From positions 51,221-71,220 of the IMG/VR virus record IMGVR_UViG_3300030202_002850: a stretch of DNA of 20,000 bases; one strand, written 5' to 3'. This DNA is from an uncultured virus (IMG/VR IMGVR_UViG_3300030202_002850). Its lineage: Duplodnaviria > Heunggongvirae > Uroviricota > Caudoviricetes. Below the pieces are notes generated by a model. It was not told the DNA's origin and made no database searches. It was given only the letters and a program-made list of their open reading frames with translations. How positions within the stretch are numbered: the stretch's first letter is position 1; each line of letters starts with the position of its first letter. Shown piece by piece: positions 1-6,624 of this stretch. The position numbers and the translations under genes were made by a program.

Positions 1-104
1 ACGGTAATCTCCATAGTTAAGGAATGAGTTTCGCCGGGATCACACTCAGCTAAGGCTTCCCTCATTTCTGGTGTACTTAGGTCTATAGTAACTTGATTTG
101 CCAT
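1..104 (-). CDS. Hypothetical protein, 5' part only (MANQVTIDLSTPEMREALAECDPGETHSLTMEIT...), runs off the left edge
   Basis: Manual translation: ATG at 104, open to position 1, GAGGG upstream; divergent from terminase with a 32-bp gap. Confidence 0.6.
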   Translation of the reverse strand, partial: MANQVTIDLSTPEMREALAECDPGETHSLTMEIT

Positions 105-127
105 AATGCCCTCTATTCGTTTACATT
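98..127 (+). promoter_or_regulatory. Putative sigma70-type promoter for the terminase (TTGCCA-N18-TACATT), 9 nt before the ATG
   Basis: Hexamers at 98-103 and 122-127; same geometry as the promoters at 3195-3224 and 15821-15850. Confidence 0.45.
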
Positions 128-136
128 AGCACACAT

Positions 137-1609
137 ATGCCGTTAGACGCTAGTGGCTACTGGTATCCATCAATAAGCCCTAAACAGTTAGAAATATTCA
201 ACTGCAACAAAAGATACCTACTTGTGAGTGGCCCTCGCTACTCCAGTAAGACTATAGGAGTATTACATAGATTGATGAGACACTGCTGGGAAACCAAAAG
301 TGGTCGAGTTGGAATCTTTTGCAAGACAATTAGAAACGCAAAGTCTGGAGTATGGAGTGACTTAATAGATATTATCATTCCAGAATGGGTAGAAAACCTT
401 GAGGGTTTTGAGCTTACAGTACCCCCCAAAGTAGACGGTGTTACTAAAATGCACTACATGAGGATATCAAACATCCACGGCAACGAAACAGAAATACAAC
501 TGCATTCACTAGACAACGACCATGATATCGAGGAAAAAATTAAAGGTACTCGGTTCTCTATGATATTCTTTTCAGAGCTTTCAAACTTTAAAGACAACTG
601 TGTGTTCACAATTAGTAAAGGACAGTTGCGATTGCCCGGATTAGATTACGGTAGACATCAGTGGATAGGGGATACAAACCCGGCAGAAGAGGGAACAAGT
701 TCATGGATATACAAATTATGGTATGACGAGCCAAATAAAGAAGACCACCCAGACCCTGAATACGCTAGTCAATTTGCAATCATAGAATCAATGATACATG
801 ACAATCCTTACCTCTCTGAATGGGATAAAAAAGATTTAATAGCAACATTTAGAGGAGACCCAGAAATGTACGACAGATATGTTTTGGGAAAGTGGACTGC
901 AAGTAGCACTGATTCTCACTTCGGGAAAGTGTTTAAACCAGATATCCATGTTATCGGGGATGTGGAAAGCCCAATAGAAGATGAATGGGAAGTTATTCTT
1001 CCATCAGATGGATGCACTGAACTTATAGGAGGCTGGGATTTAGGAGACAGGAATCATGCTTTTCATATTATGGAAAAGATAGAAACAGTCAACGGTGTAA
1101 GGTGGTCAGTTTTAGATGAGCTAGTAGTGCTACACGCAGACGTAAGTTTAGAAGACTTTGCGGGGGAGGCACTTGATAAGATAGAAAAGCTAGAAGAGTA
1201 TATTGGAAATCAAGTCAGATGGACTCATTGGTCAGACAACTCATCAATGATTAGGTACAGGGCATCTGCAAACACATACGACCATAGGGTTATAGCGGCT
1301 GCAAGTGACGGTAAGATAAACCTAATAGGAGCGCCTAAATTCAGTGGATCAGTAAGGCAGAGAGTAAAACTAATAAAAGATTTATTAATGCAAAATCGAT
1401 TACATGTTAGCGCTCACTGCCAACGAACAATCGACATGTTAAAGTTTTTAAGAAAAGGAAAGTCTGCTGGTCAGTACGTCACATCTGACGACAATAAGCA
1501 CAGCTTTGACTCTTTAAGTTACGCTTTGATTGGTGAAATGAGTTCCGACCTGATAATATCCAACGCTCCGACAAGCGGAAAAATTGGCTTAACTTCCCTC
1601 CCACTTTAA
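137..1609 (+). CDS. terL: Phage terminase large subunit
   Basis: 490 aa; Q motif (PKQ), Walker A-like LVSGPRYSSKT, Walker B-like MIFFSE, motif III DTNP, DNPYL, RYVLGKW, RNase H-like nuclease IGGWDLG and KHSFDSLSY. Confidence 0.92.
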   Translation: MPLDASGYWYPSISPKQLEIFNCNKRYLLVSGPRYSSKTIGVLHRLMRHCWETKSGRVGIFCKTIRNAKSGVWSDLIDIIIPEWVENLEGFELTVPPKVDGVTKMHYMRISNIHGNETEIQLHSLDNDHDIEEKIKGTRFSMIFFSELSNFKDNCVFTISKGQLRLPGLDYGRHQWIGDTNPAEEGTSSWIYKLWYDEPNKEDHPDPEYASQFAIIESMIHDNPYLSEWDKKDLIATFRGDPEMYDRYVLGKWTASSTDSHFGKVFKPDIHVIGDVESPIEDEWEVILPSDGCTELIGGWDLGDRNHAFHIMEKIETVNGVRWSVLDELVVLHADVSLEDFAGEALDKIEKLEEYIGNQVRWTHWSDNSSMIRYRASANTYDHRVIAAASDGKINLIGAPKFSGSVRQRVKLIKDLLMQNRLHVSAHCQRTIDMLKFLRKGKSAGQYVTSDDNKHSFDSLSYALIGEMSSDLIISNAPTSGKIGLTSLPL

Positions 1610-1664
1610 TCTTAGGAGCTTTAAACGGACTTTTTCTTGCCACTTTTTTTCTTACATAAGCTCA

Positions 1665-1952
1665 TCACCATTTAACTTTGTGCGACCAATAGCGAGCGGA
1701 TAATTTTGAAGGGCTGCTATCTTGAGCATTGTGCCTAGCATAATAACTGGCTTTCCTTGCTTTGTCTTTAGCACTCGTAGGGTTTTTACCCGCACCTTTC
1801 ACTCCTTGCTGCCCAAATCTTATTGTCTTTATCTTGTCGCCATCTTTTGCAACAACAACGTGAGACTTTGTTTTATGATTCGGAGTTCTTTTTGGTTTGT
1901 TGAACCCGCTTACTCCCGCTCTTGCGAGTCTTGGGTCTTTTTTCTTTGGCAT
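1665..1952 (-). CDS. Small basic viral protein, DUF5754/DUF6321-like
   Basis: 95 aa, K/R-rich; KTIRFGQQG...RKASYYARH...SARYWSHKVKW pattern recalled from a family widespread in marine phages and large DNA viruses. Confidence 0.7.
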   Translation of the reverse strand: MPKKKDPRLARAGVSGFNKPKRTPNHKTKSHVVVAKDGDKIKTIRFGQQGVKGAGKNPTSAKDKARKASYYARHNAQDSSPSKLSARYWSHKVKW

Positions 1953-2292
1953 TAGTTACTTTCTTTTTAGGTGTTTTCTTTTTAGCTACTTTCTTTCTAG
2001 CTCGTACTCTAGGCTTGCTAATCTTTTGAGTACTGCCTTTGTCCAGTCTGGTGCGGCTTTTGCAGCATCCTGAAACTGGGGGTGTTCGACCATCTCTTCG
2101 ACATTGTTCAGCTTCGTCGTCGCACAGCCCTGAACCATTAACCCTGTCAACAGCATCATTAATAAAATCAATTTTTTCTTCATACCTTTTTTGAGCTTTT
2201 GTTTCTTTTCGGAATTCATCTATCTTTAGAAAAAGCCGCCCCAATATAGGAACGGCTTTGATTAAAGAGGCTATCAGTTTAAGGATGCCCAT
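1873..2292 (-). CDS. Putative inner-membrane spanin (Rz-like) with basic C-terminal extension
   Basis: Follows a holin-like gene; hydrophobic/amphipathic N-terminus, helical middle with Cys residues; fully contains a lipoprotein gene in another frame. Confidence 0.5.
   Translation of the reverse strand: MGILKLIASLIKAVPILGRLFLKIDEFRKETKAQKRYEEKIDFINDAVDRVNGSGLCDDEAEQCRRDGRTPPVSGCCKSRTRLDKGSTQKISKPRVRARKKVAKKKTPKKKVTNAKEKRPKTRKSGSKRVQQTKKNSES
1986..2183 (-). CDS. Lipoprotein, putative outer-membrane spanin (Rz1-like)
   Basis: Start at 2183 gives MKKKLILLMMLLTGLMVQG|C (basic n-region, h-region, lipobox); 65 aa; embedded in 1873..2292. Confidence 0.7.
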   Translation of the reverse strand: MKKKLILLMMLLTGLMVQGCATTKLNNVEEMVEHPQFQDAAKAAPDWTKAVLKRLASLEYELERK

Positions 2293-2307
2293 TACACTTT
2301 AACAGTA

Positions 2308-2487
2308 TTAAGCTTCCCCGTTTGCAGCCTTCTCTGCTTTCTTTACGCCGTGGCGCAAGAATAAGGCTAACAGACTTGTGATTACTACGTTTGTGGCAGC
2401 ACCTAGCTCAAGCTCACCAGTAAAATAACCAGCGACTCCAGCAATTGCTCCAGTAATAGCAGTCCAAAATGTTTTTGATTTAATCAT
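2308..2487 (-). CDS. Holin-like 2-TM protein (59 aa, MIKSKTFWTAITGAIAGVAGYFTGELELGAATNVVITSLLALFLRHGVKKAEKAANGEA); not in the ORF track
   Basis: Manual translation; ATGA overlap with the upstream gene; KSKTFW N-terminus, two hydrophobic segments, basic C-terminus. Confidence 0.75.
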   Translation of the reverse strand: MIKSKTFWTAITGAIAGVAGYFTGELELGAATNVVITSLLALFLRHGVKKAEKAANGEA

Positions 2488-2831
2488 TTCTTCTTACGAT
2501 TTTTTGGTTTCGGTTTGTTAACTTCAACTGCTCCCAACTTTACAACAGTAGACCCTACCTTATTGGTAATGGTTAATGTTGGAAATGGAACGTCAATAGC
2601 TAGGTAAGGAACTTTAAAGAAAAGCCCTTCAGGAGAAACCTTAGCATCTGGAACAGTTCCAGCTTTTGCACCTAAGCAAAGAGATGGAATTGGCCAGCTA
2701 AGTTTTTGCCCGAACAGTTTAACATTAGGTGAAGGTTTTAAACCCGCACCAAACAAACTGCTTGCACTGGCGTTAGACGTTAATCCGAATAACACCCCAA
2801 TTAGTAATACACAACTTAATCTTTTCTTCAT
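2484..2831 (-). CDS. Hypothetical exported protein with signal peptide
   Basis: 115 aa; MKKR plus hydrophobic core plus ASA cleavage-like site; beta-rich mature part and basic tail; ATGA overlaps at both ends. Confidence 0.75.
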   Translation of the reverse strand: MKKRLSCVLLIGVLFGLTSNASASSLFGAGLKPSPNVKLFGQKLSWPIPSLCLGAKAGTVPDAKVSPEGLFFKVPYLAIDVPFPTLTITNKVGSTVVKLGAVEVNKPKPKNRKKK

Positions 2832-2983
2832 CTTGATTTCAGTAGGTTTAATATCTTGAGTATGATATAGACGAGGGTAGCAACACTAATAGCTACTTTT
2901 AGTAAAATATCTATTTGAAGCATCCAGTTTCCTATCCCAAGCCCCGCAGATGCGAAGACTTTTATATCGTCTATAACCCTCAT
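2828..2983 (-). CDS. Small membrane protein, holin-like (51 aa, MRVIDDIKVFASAGLGIGNWMLQIDILLKVAISVATLVYIILKILNLLKSR); not in the ORF track
   Basis: Manual translation; fills the gap exactly, TGA overlaps the next ATG; hydrophobic C-terminal helix. Confidence 0.7.
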   Translation of the reverse strand: MRVIDDIKVFASAGLGIGNWMLQIDILLKVAISVATLVYIILKILNLLKSR

Positions 2984-2986
2984 TCA

Positions 2987-3184
2987 TTACCCTTCAGACT
3001 CACTTGAGTCAGGCATTTCTATTTCTGGAGCAGGGCTTTCTGCAAGCCCACACTTAGAAGCAACTATTTGAGCTGCTTGCTTAACTTGATCATGTTCCGC
3101 CGCAGTTAATCTTGCTTGGGCTGCGGCATTAAACAGAATCTGCACAGCAGTCTGTACTTGTTGGTCTTTATTATCATCTGCCAT
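2987..3184 (-). CDS. Hypothetical protein (Ala/Gln-rich helix, acidic tail)
   Basis: ORF track 2987..3196; start moved to MADDNK (3184) because the ATG at 3196 lies in the predicted -10 box. Confidence 0.65.
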   Translation of the reverse strand: MADDNKDQQVQTAVQILFNAAAQARLTAAEHDQVKQAAQIVASKCGLAESPAPEIEMPDSSESEG

Positions 3185-3194
3185 AGGCGGGATC

Positions 3195-3224
3195 ATTGTA
3201 GCACCTTCTTTAAATATGTGGCAA
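3195..3224 (-). promoter_or_regulatory. Putative sigma70-type promoter TTGCCA-N18-TACAAT with extended -10 TG
   Basis: Minus strand reads TTGCCAcatatttaaagaaggTGcTACAAT, then 10 nt to the ATG at 3184; lies in a ~120-bp intergenic gap. Confidence 0.6.
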
Positions 3225-3314
3225 TATTCATAAACAACAATATCTGGGCCAGTTATTTACTCTTACTGCATTCACCCTTGCAAGTATCCTCAAAGCAGTC
3301 TTTGTTGGTACACA

Positions 3315-3578
3315 TTAGGTCTTCTTTCTTTTAGTGTTCGTGACTCTCCTCGGCTTCCCTGCTGGTTGACCAAGACGTTTCTTCTCTCCTATCTTCTTTT
3401 TCTTCTCAGTAGCCGACATCTCCCCGCTAGTCTTTGGGGTAGAAGCATTCACACGCTTAGACGGTCGGCAGTATGGTGTTCCACGCTTCTCGCCCTTAGA
3501 GCGCCCACACTCCTTGCCCGTCTTAACGTCCTTCCACTTCTCCTTGTGCCAGCGGCGCAGACCACCAGAGTAAGCCAT
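3315..3578 (-). CDS. DUF5872-like basic protein, C-terminal-half homolog
   Basis: GLRRWHKEKWKDVKTGKECGR...PYCRPSKRVNASTPKT motif; start MAYSGG at 3578 via TAATG overlap with the upstream stop. Confidence 0.7.
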   Translation of the reverse strand: MAYSGGLRRWHKEKWKDVKTGKECGRSKGEKRGTPYCRPSKRVNASTPKTSGEMSATEKKKKIGEKKRLGQPAGKPRRVTNTKRKKT

Positions 3579-3742
3579 TACGACCACCTACCTCCCTTTT
3601 CCTTATACCACTTAGCGGCATAAGAGTTAGAGTAAGCTGAAGGGTGTACCTTGTACTTTTTCTTGGCCTCGGACTGCGCCCTTGACCAAAGAGAAGGATT
3701 ACTCGGCTTCGGCTTCTTCTGAGCTTTCTTCTTCGTTGCCAT
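3578..3742 (-). CDS. DUF5872-like basic protein, N-terminal-half homolog (MATKKKAQKKPKPSNPSLWSRAQSEAKKKYKVHPSAYSNSYAAKWYKEKGGRWS)
   Basis: LW..A..EAKKKYKVHPSAY...YKEKGG motif; ATG at 3742 preferred over the track start at 3829. Confidence 0.7.
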   Translation of the reverse strand: MATKKKAQKKPKPSNPSLWSRAQSEAKKKYKVHPSAYSNSYAAKWYKEKGGRWS

Positions 3743-4136
3743 CAGTGTCACCTTCCGCTTCTGAAGTGTCTTCCTCAACAGGCTCAGGCTCAGGTGTAGG
3801 CTCAGGTGTAGGCTCAACAGTAGTATCAACCGTTATCTCTGGAGCTTCAAACTCCTCAACACGTTTAGGCTGTGCTTTCTGTGCCTCTATCTGAGAATCC
3901 AAACTAGCTATCCAATTGTTATCAGCAGCAAACTGTGACACTAGAGTGTTAGCCTGTTCTTTGAACTCATTGAGCATCGGCATACTATCCATTGGATATT
4001 TGTATATCCCGTCAATGTATGAACTGTTCCCGTCTGGGTCTGTTGCTTGGAGTCCTATGACAACCTCGCAAACACAGTTGGGATCATCTGATTTATGGAG
4101 AGGCTCTAGCCTCACGCATCGGTATGTATTAGCCAT
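3699..4136 (-). CDS. Hypothetical protein, possibly tail-fibre-associated; Pro/Glu-rich acidic tail
   Basis: Start MANTY at 4136 with AAGGA upstream; the track extension to 4232 overlaps a separate small gene. Confidence 0.7.
   Translation of the reverse strand: MANTYRCVRLEPLHKSDDPNCVCEVVIGLQATDPDGNSSYIDGIYKYPMDSMPMLNEFKEQANTLVSQFAADNNWIASLDSQIEAQKAQPKRVEEFEAPEITVDTTVEPTPEPTPEPEPVEEDTSEAEGDTDGNEEESSEEAEAE
3781..3816. repeat. Short tandem repeats (ggctca / ggctcaggtgta) encoding EPTPEPTPEPEP
   Basis: Directly visible 12-bp and 6-bp units. Confidence 0.8.
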
Positions 4137-4137
4137 A

Positions 4138-4254
4138 TCAATATCCTTTCTTAGGTTTTCTTCCTTTAGGTTTAGCGCTTCCTTTAGGTTTGGCACTTCC
4201 TTTTTTCGGTGGTCTTCCCACTTTACTTCCATAAGTTCCGGGGCCGTGTGGCAT
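4138..4254 (-). CDS. 38-aa basic peptide MPHGPGTYGSKVGRPPKKGSAKPKGSAKPKGRKPKKGY; not in the ORF track
   Basis: Manual translation; AAGGA upstream; MPxGxGTYGSxVGRP is a recurrent small-ORF motif in aquatic phages; 18-bp tandem repeat encodes GSAKPK twice. Confidence 0.8.
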   Translation of the reverse strand: MPHGPGTYGSKVGRPPKKGSAKPKGSAKPKGRKPKKGY

Positions 4255-4271
4255 ATCTCTATTTCCTTTCT

Positions 4272-4895
4272 TTATTTTGCTTGTGTGTCTACTGGTTCCA
4301 ATGTAGATGCCAGCATCTGTGTAAATCTTGCAAGTCCTTCGGCTGGTGGATTCTGCGTTGCTTCAACGTCTATTGAATAACGTGCTGAGAAGTCTGTTTC
4401 CCTAGTGTTTTCACTCTTAGTAGTAACGCTACCAGTGTGTGAGTTAGAATGACTGCCCCCAGCTTCAAATCCTACCCCCCAAAAATGTCCACTAACAGAA
4501 GCGTGACCTTCAGTTTTAGATTCATCTTTCTGAGTATTCTCTGATGACTCGGTGTTAGATGAATGACTCTTAACCTCCATATCAAAATGCACCTTCACAT
4601 CTGATATAGATAAGTTAGGTATCGTTACCATCGTTAATAACGGCATCTTCACCATCTGTTTTTGAGGAGTAGTTCTCCCCTTGATAAGCCGTTCAACTTC
4701 TACGTCAACGGTACGGGTTCTAGTTTTCTTTGGATCGTCTGGATCANNNNNNNNNNCGATAGAGGATACGAAATCCAAAGTTACGCCAGCTAATTTCTTC
4801 TGGCCTTTAGCCGCTGAAACTAGCGGATCTACTATGAGTTCCGAGATCGGTAGACCTTGGAAATCCTTTAATTGTGCGTCATCTGCTCCGGGCAT
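4272..4895 (-). CDS. DUF2589-like protein (long type)
   Basis: FQGLPISELIVDPLVSAAKGQ...LDFV, MPLLTMVTIPNLSISDVKVHFDMEVKS and C-terminal ATQNPPAEGLAR motifs; spans a 10-N gap at 4747-4756. Confidence 0.8.
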   Translation of the reverse strand: MPGADDAQLKDFQGLPISELIVDPLVSAAKGQKKLAGVTLDFVSSIXXXXDPDDPKKTRTRTVDVEVERLIKGRTTPQKQMVKMPLLTMVTIPNLSISDVKVHFDMEVKSHSSNTESSENTQKDESKTEGHASVSGHFWGVGFEAGGSHSNSHTGSVTTKSENTRETDFSARYSIDVEATQNPPAEGLARFTQMLASTLEPVDTQAK

Positions 4896-4899
4896 AATA

Positions 4900-5289
4900 T
4901 TATATTGTAGGTATTAATTTTACCAAGTTATCCCCAACCCTTGCCATGCCTTCAGCTTGACTTGTGCTGGAAAATTTTATCTTAACATTAGCCATTTTAG
5001 ATTTTCTTAATTTACCTAAACAGCCAATTGCTTTCTCTCCATCGTGATCTAGGTTTACCTCTAGGTCTACCTCGCATGTATCTATCTTTAATGTGTTGTG
5101 AGGGACTAACGTAAACAATGGAACCTCAACTTCCTTATCGTTTAATGTCATCTTCACAGTTTTTGCCGTTCCGTCTTCGTTGAAATAACCATCTCTAACA
5201 CTGTTAGATAGATTCTCTTCAACTGATTTTTGCGCGTGTACTACTGCTGAGTAGATTCCGTCGAATATGTTTTGTAGTTCCCCTGCCAT
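4900..5289 (-). CDS. DUF2589-like protein (short type)
   Basis: IFDGIYSAVVHAQ...YFNEDG...VPLFTLVPHNTLKID...VKIKF...AEGMARV; shares VPL.T.V and AEG.AR motifs with its neighbour. Confidence 0.8.
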   Translation of the reverse strand: MAGELQNIFDGIYSAVVHAQKSVEENLSNSVRDGYFNEDGTAKTVKMTLNDKEVEVPLFTLVPHNTLKIDTCEVDLEVNLDHDGEKAIGCLGKLRKSKMANVKIKFSSTSQAEGMARVGDNLVKLIPTI

Positions 5290-5627
5290 TATTCAATAAT
5301 TTCCGAAGTTCCGTAAGCTGCCGTGTATTTCAACCTCAAAGAGTCCACATGCTTTTCAATCTCGTCAATATCTTTCTCTAAATATCGCAACCTCATATTC
5401 TGCTCAGCATCATCAGGAAGAGCGCCAAGCTCTCCTCTTGGCCACTTTATCCTAAACTCAGAATTAGCTCCAACATTCTGCTCCATTCTCATTATTTGAA
5501 TTTCGATTTGTTGGATTCTGCTAGTCAGCCCAAAGTAACCCCAAACCGCCATTGCACTCACAACTACAATTTGTATAAGCCATTTAAGGTTTATACCCAA
5601 GTTAGTATTATCATCTAAGTCTGCCAT
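5289..5627 (-). CDS. Membrane-anchored coiled-coil phage protein
   Basis: One TM segment (WLIQIVVVSAMAVWGYFGL), heptad-like helices, NSEFRIKWPRGELGALP motif. Confidence 0.75.
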   Translation of the reverse strand: MADLDDNTNLGINLKWLIQIVVVSAMAVWGYFGLTSRIQQIEIQIMRMEQNVGANSEFRIKWPRGELGALPDDAEQNMRLRYLEKDIDEIEKHVDSLRLKYTAAYGTSEIIE

Positions 5628-5895
5628 AATTCATTTCCATTAATGCGGGCATTGCCCTAAATTTATTAGTCGTAACACCCCAGTCAAAAATACTTTTTTC
5701 CTCTTGTGCTGGATGTGTCGGGTAATACTCTATATCTAATCCACCAAAATCCGCTTCAAGGCTTTTAATGTTTTTGCAACCAGAGCCGAATAAAATACAA
5801 ATAATAGATAGTAAAAAAATAATTACCCACCTATGAACCTCCTCTTTATATCTGGCCCAGATATTATCCCTGTAAACTATTTCTTCTTTTATCAT
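5611..5895 (-). CDS. Putative lipoprotein / membrane protein
   Basis: WVIIFLLSIICILFGSG|C lipobox-like segment after a long n-region; overlaps both neighbours. Confidence 0.65.
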   Translation of the reverse strand: MIKEEIVYRDNIWARYKEEVHRWVIIFLLSIICILFGSGCKNIKSLEADFGGLDIEYYPTHPAQEEKSIFDWGVTTNKFRAMPALMEMNYGRLR

Positions 5896-6308
5896 CTTTT
5901 CCTTCCTGTTGGCTTTTCAACCAACTCGACTTTCATAGGCTCCTTCTCGCTCCCTTTCGGAAGATACTCAGGAGCATGGTTGGTTAATACTTTTTCACAC
6001 GTTAATGTTGATAATACCGTGTTTCTAACTCTCATAGCCGTTTGCCTATCTTCCATATAAAACACTGTCTCCCTAGCTCCTATCCTTGCTATACGGGCTT
6101 GTCTTCCATTCAGGAAAACTATCTCATCCACCGCCCATTGTTTAGAAAAATAAACCCCAAGCCCTGCGGCAAACTCTTGAATTAATTCTCTGAATAACAG
6201 TAATGCTACTCCAGCAGCAAACACCCAGATCCATTCAGTCATAAGACCCTTAGCTGCTCCTTCAATTATATTTGGATTACTTAATTGCTCTATTAAATTA
6301 GTATTCAT
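5892..6308 (-). CDS. Minimal MscS-family-like protein (TM3 plus beta-domain)
   Basis: LLFRELIQEFAAGLGVYFSKQWAVDEIVFLNGRQARIARIGARETVF...RVRNTVL aligns by eye with the MscS consensus (LAFQD.L.N..AG.......PF.VGD.I...G..G.V..IG.R.T.......IPN..L). Confidence 0.7.
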   Translation of the reverse strand: MNTNLIEQLSNPNIIEGAAKGLMTEWIWVFAAGVALLLFRELIQEFAAGLGVYFSKQWAVDEIVFLNGRQARIARIGARETVFYMEDRQTAMRVRNTVLSTLTCEKVLTNHAPEYLPKGSEKEPMKVELVEKPTGRKR

Positions 6309-6331
6309 GGATTATTTATTCTCCAAATCTT

Positions 6332-6403
6332 CTATTCTCTACACCCCGCCCCTACCCATATTACAAAAACGGATAGTGCTATAATTATTATCCATCGCTT
6401 CAT
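6332..6403 (-). pseudogene. Truncated lipoprotein ORF (MKRWIIIIALSVFVIWVGAG|CRE*)
   Basis: ATGA-coupled to the upstream gene; complete lipoprotein-like signal peptide, then TAG after only three mature residues. Confidence 0.4.
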
Positions 6404-6624
6404 GGTTCTGTTGCGTGGCAGTTATAACACCGATCTACCACTTCTATTGTTTTGTGAAAATCATCTAACTCTAACATCGTTTTAAACTCATGCTGATAAT
6501 GGTGACACACAGCTATGTCTGATGATCTCTTAGCCTTACTAATTGCTCCCACATACATAGAATACAAGATACCTAACATGACTATTACTATTAGTAGCTC
6601 AAGTATTGTGTGGGAGTTTTCCAT
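6400..6624 (-). CDS. Prepilin/pseudopilin-like small protein with C-terminal CxxCH motif
   Basis: SHTILELLIVIVMLGILYSMYVGAISKAK...C resembles [28 protein letters not shown]...C; CYNCH near the C-terminus; TAATG coupling to the tail-fibre stop. Confidence 0.7.
   Translation of the reverse strand: MENSHTILELLIVIVMLGILYSMYVGAISKAKRSSDIAVCHHYQHEFKTMLELDDFHKTIEVVDRCYNCHATEP

Noticed and set aside
1610..1664. Bidirectional terminator or tiny ORF (MSLCKKKSGKKKSV) between convergent genes
   Set aside because: T-tracts are present but there is no convincing GC-rich hairpin, and the ORF is too short to support
4137..4232. N-terminal extension of track ORF 3699..4232
   Set aside because: This DNA encodes the GTYGSKVGRP peptide in another frame; the ATG at 4136 has its own ribosome-binding site
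4747..4756. Run of 10 N inside the DUF2589-like gene
   Set aside because: Assembly gap, not biology; motifs on both sides are in the same frame
6332..6334. TAG recoding (alternative genetic code)
   Set aside because: Long genes are intact in code 11 and several genes (ending at 1986, 14436, 18621) stop plausibly at TAG
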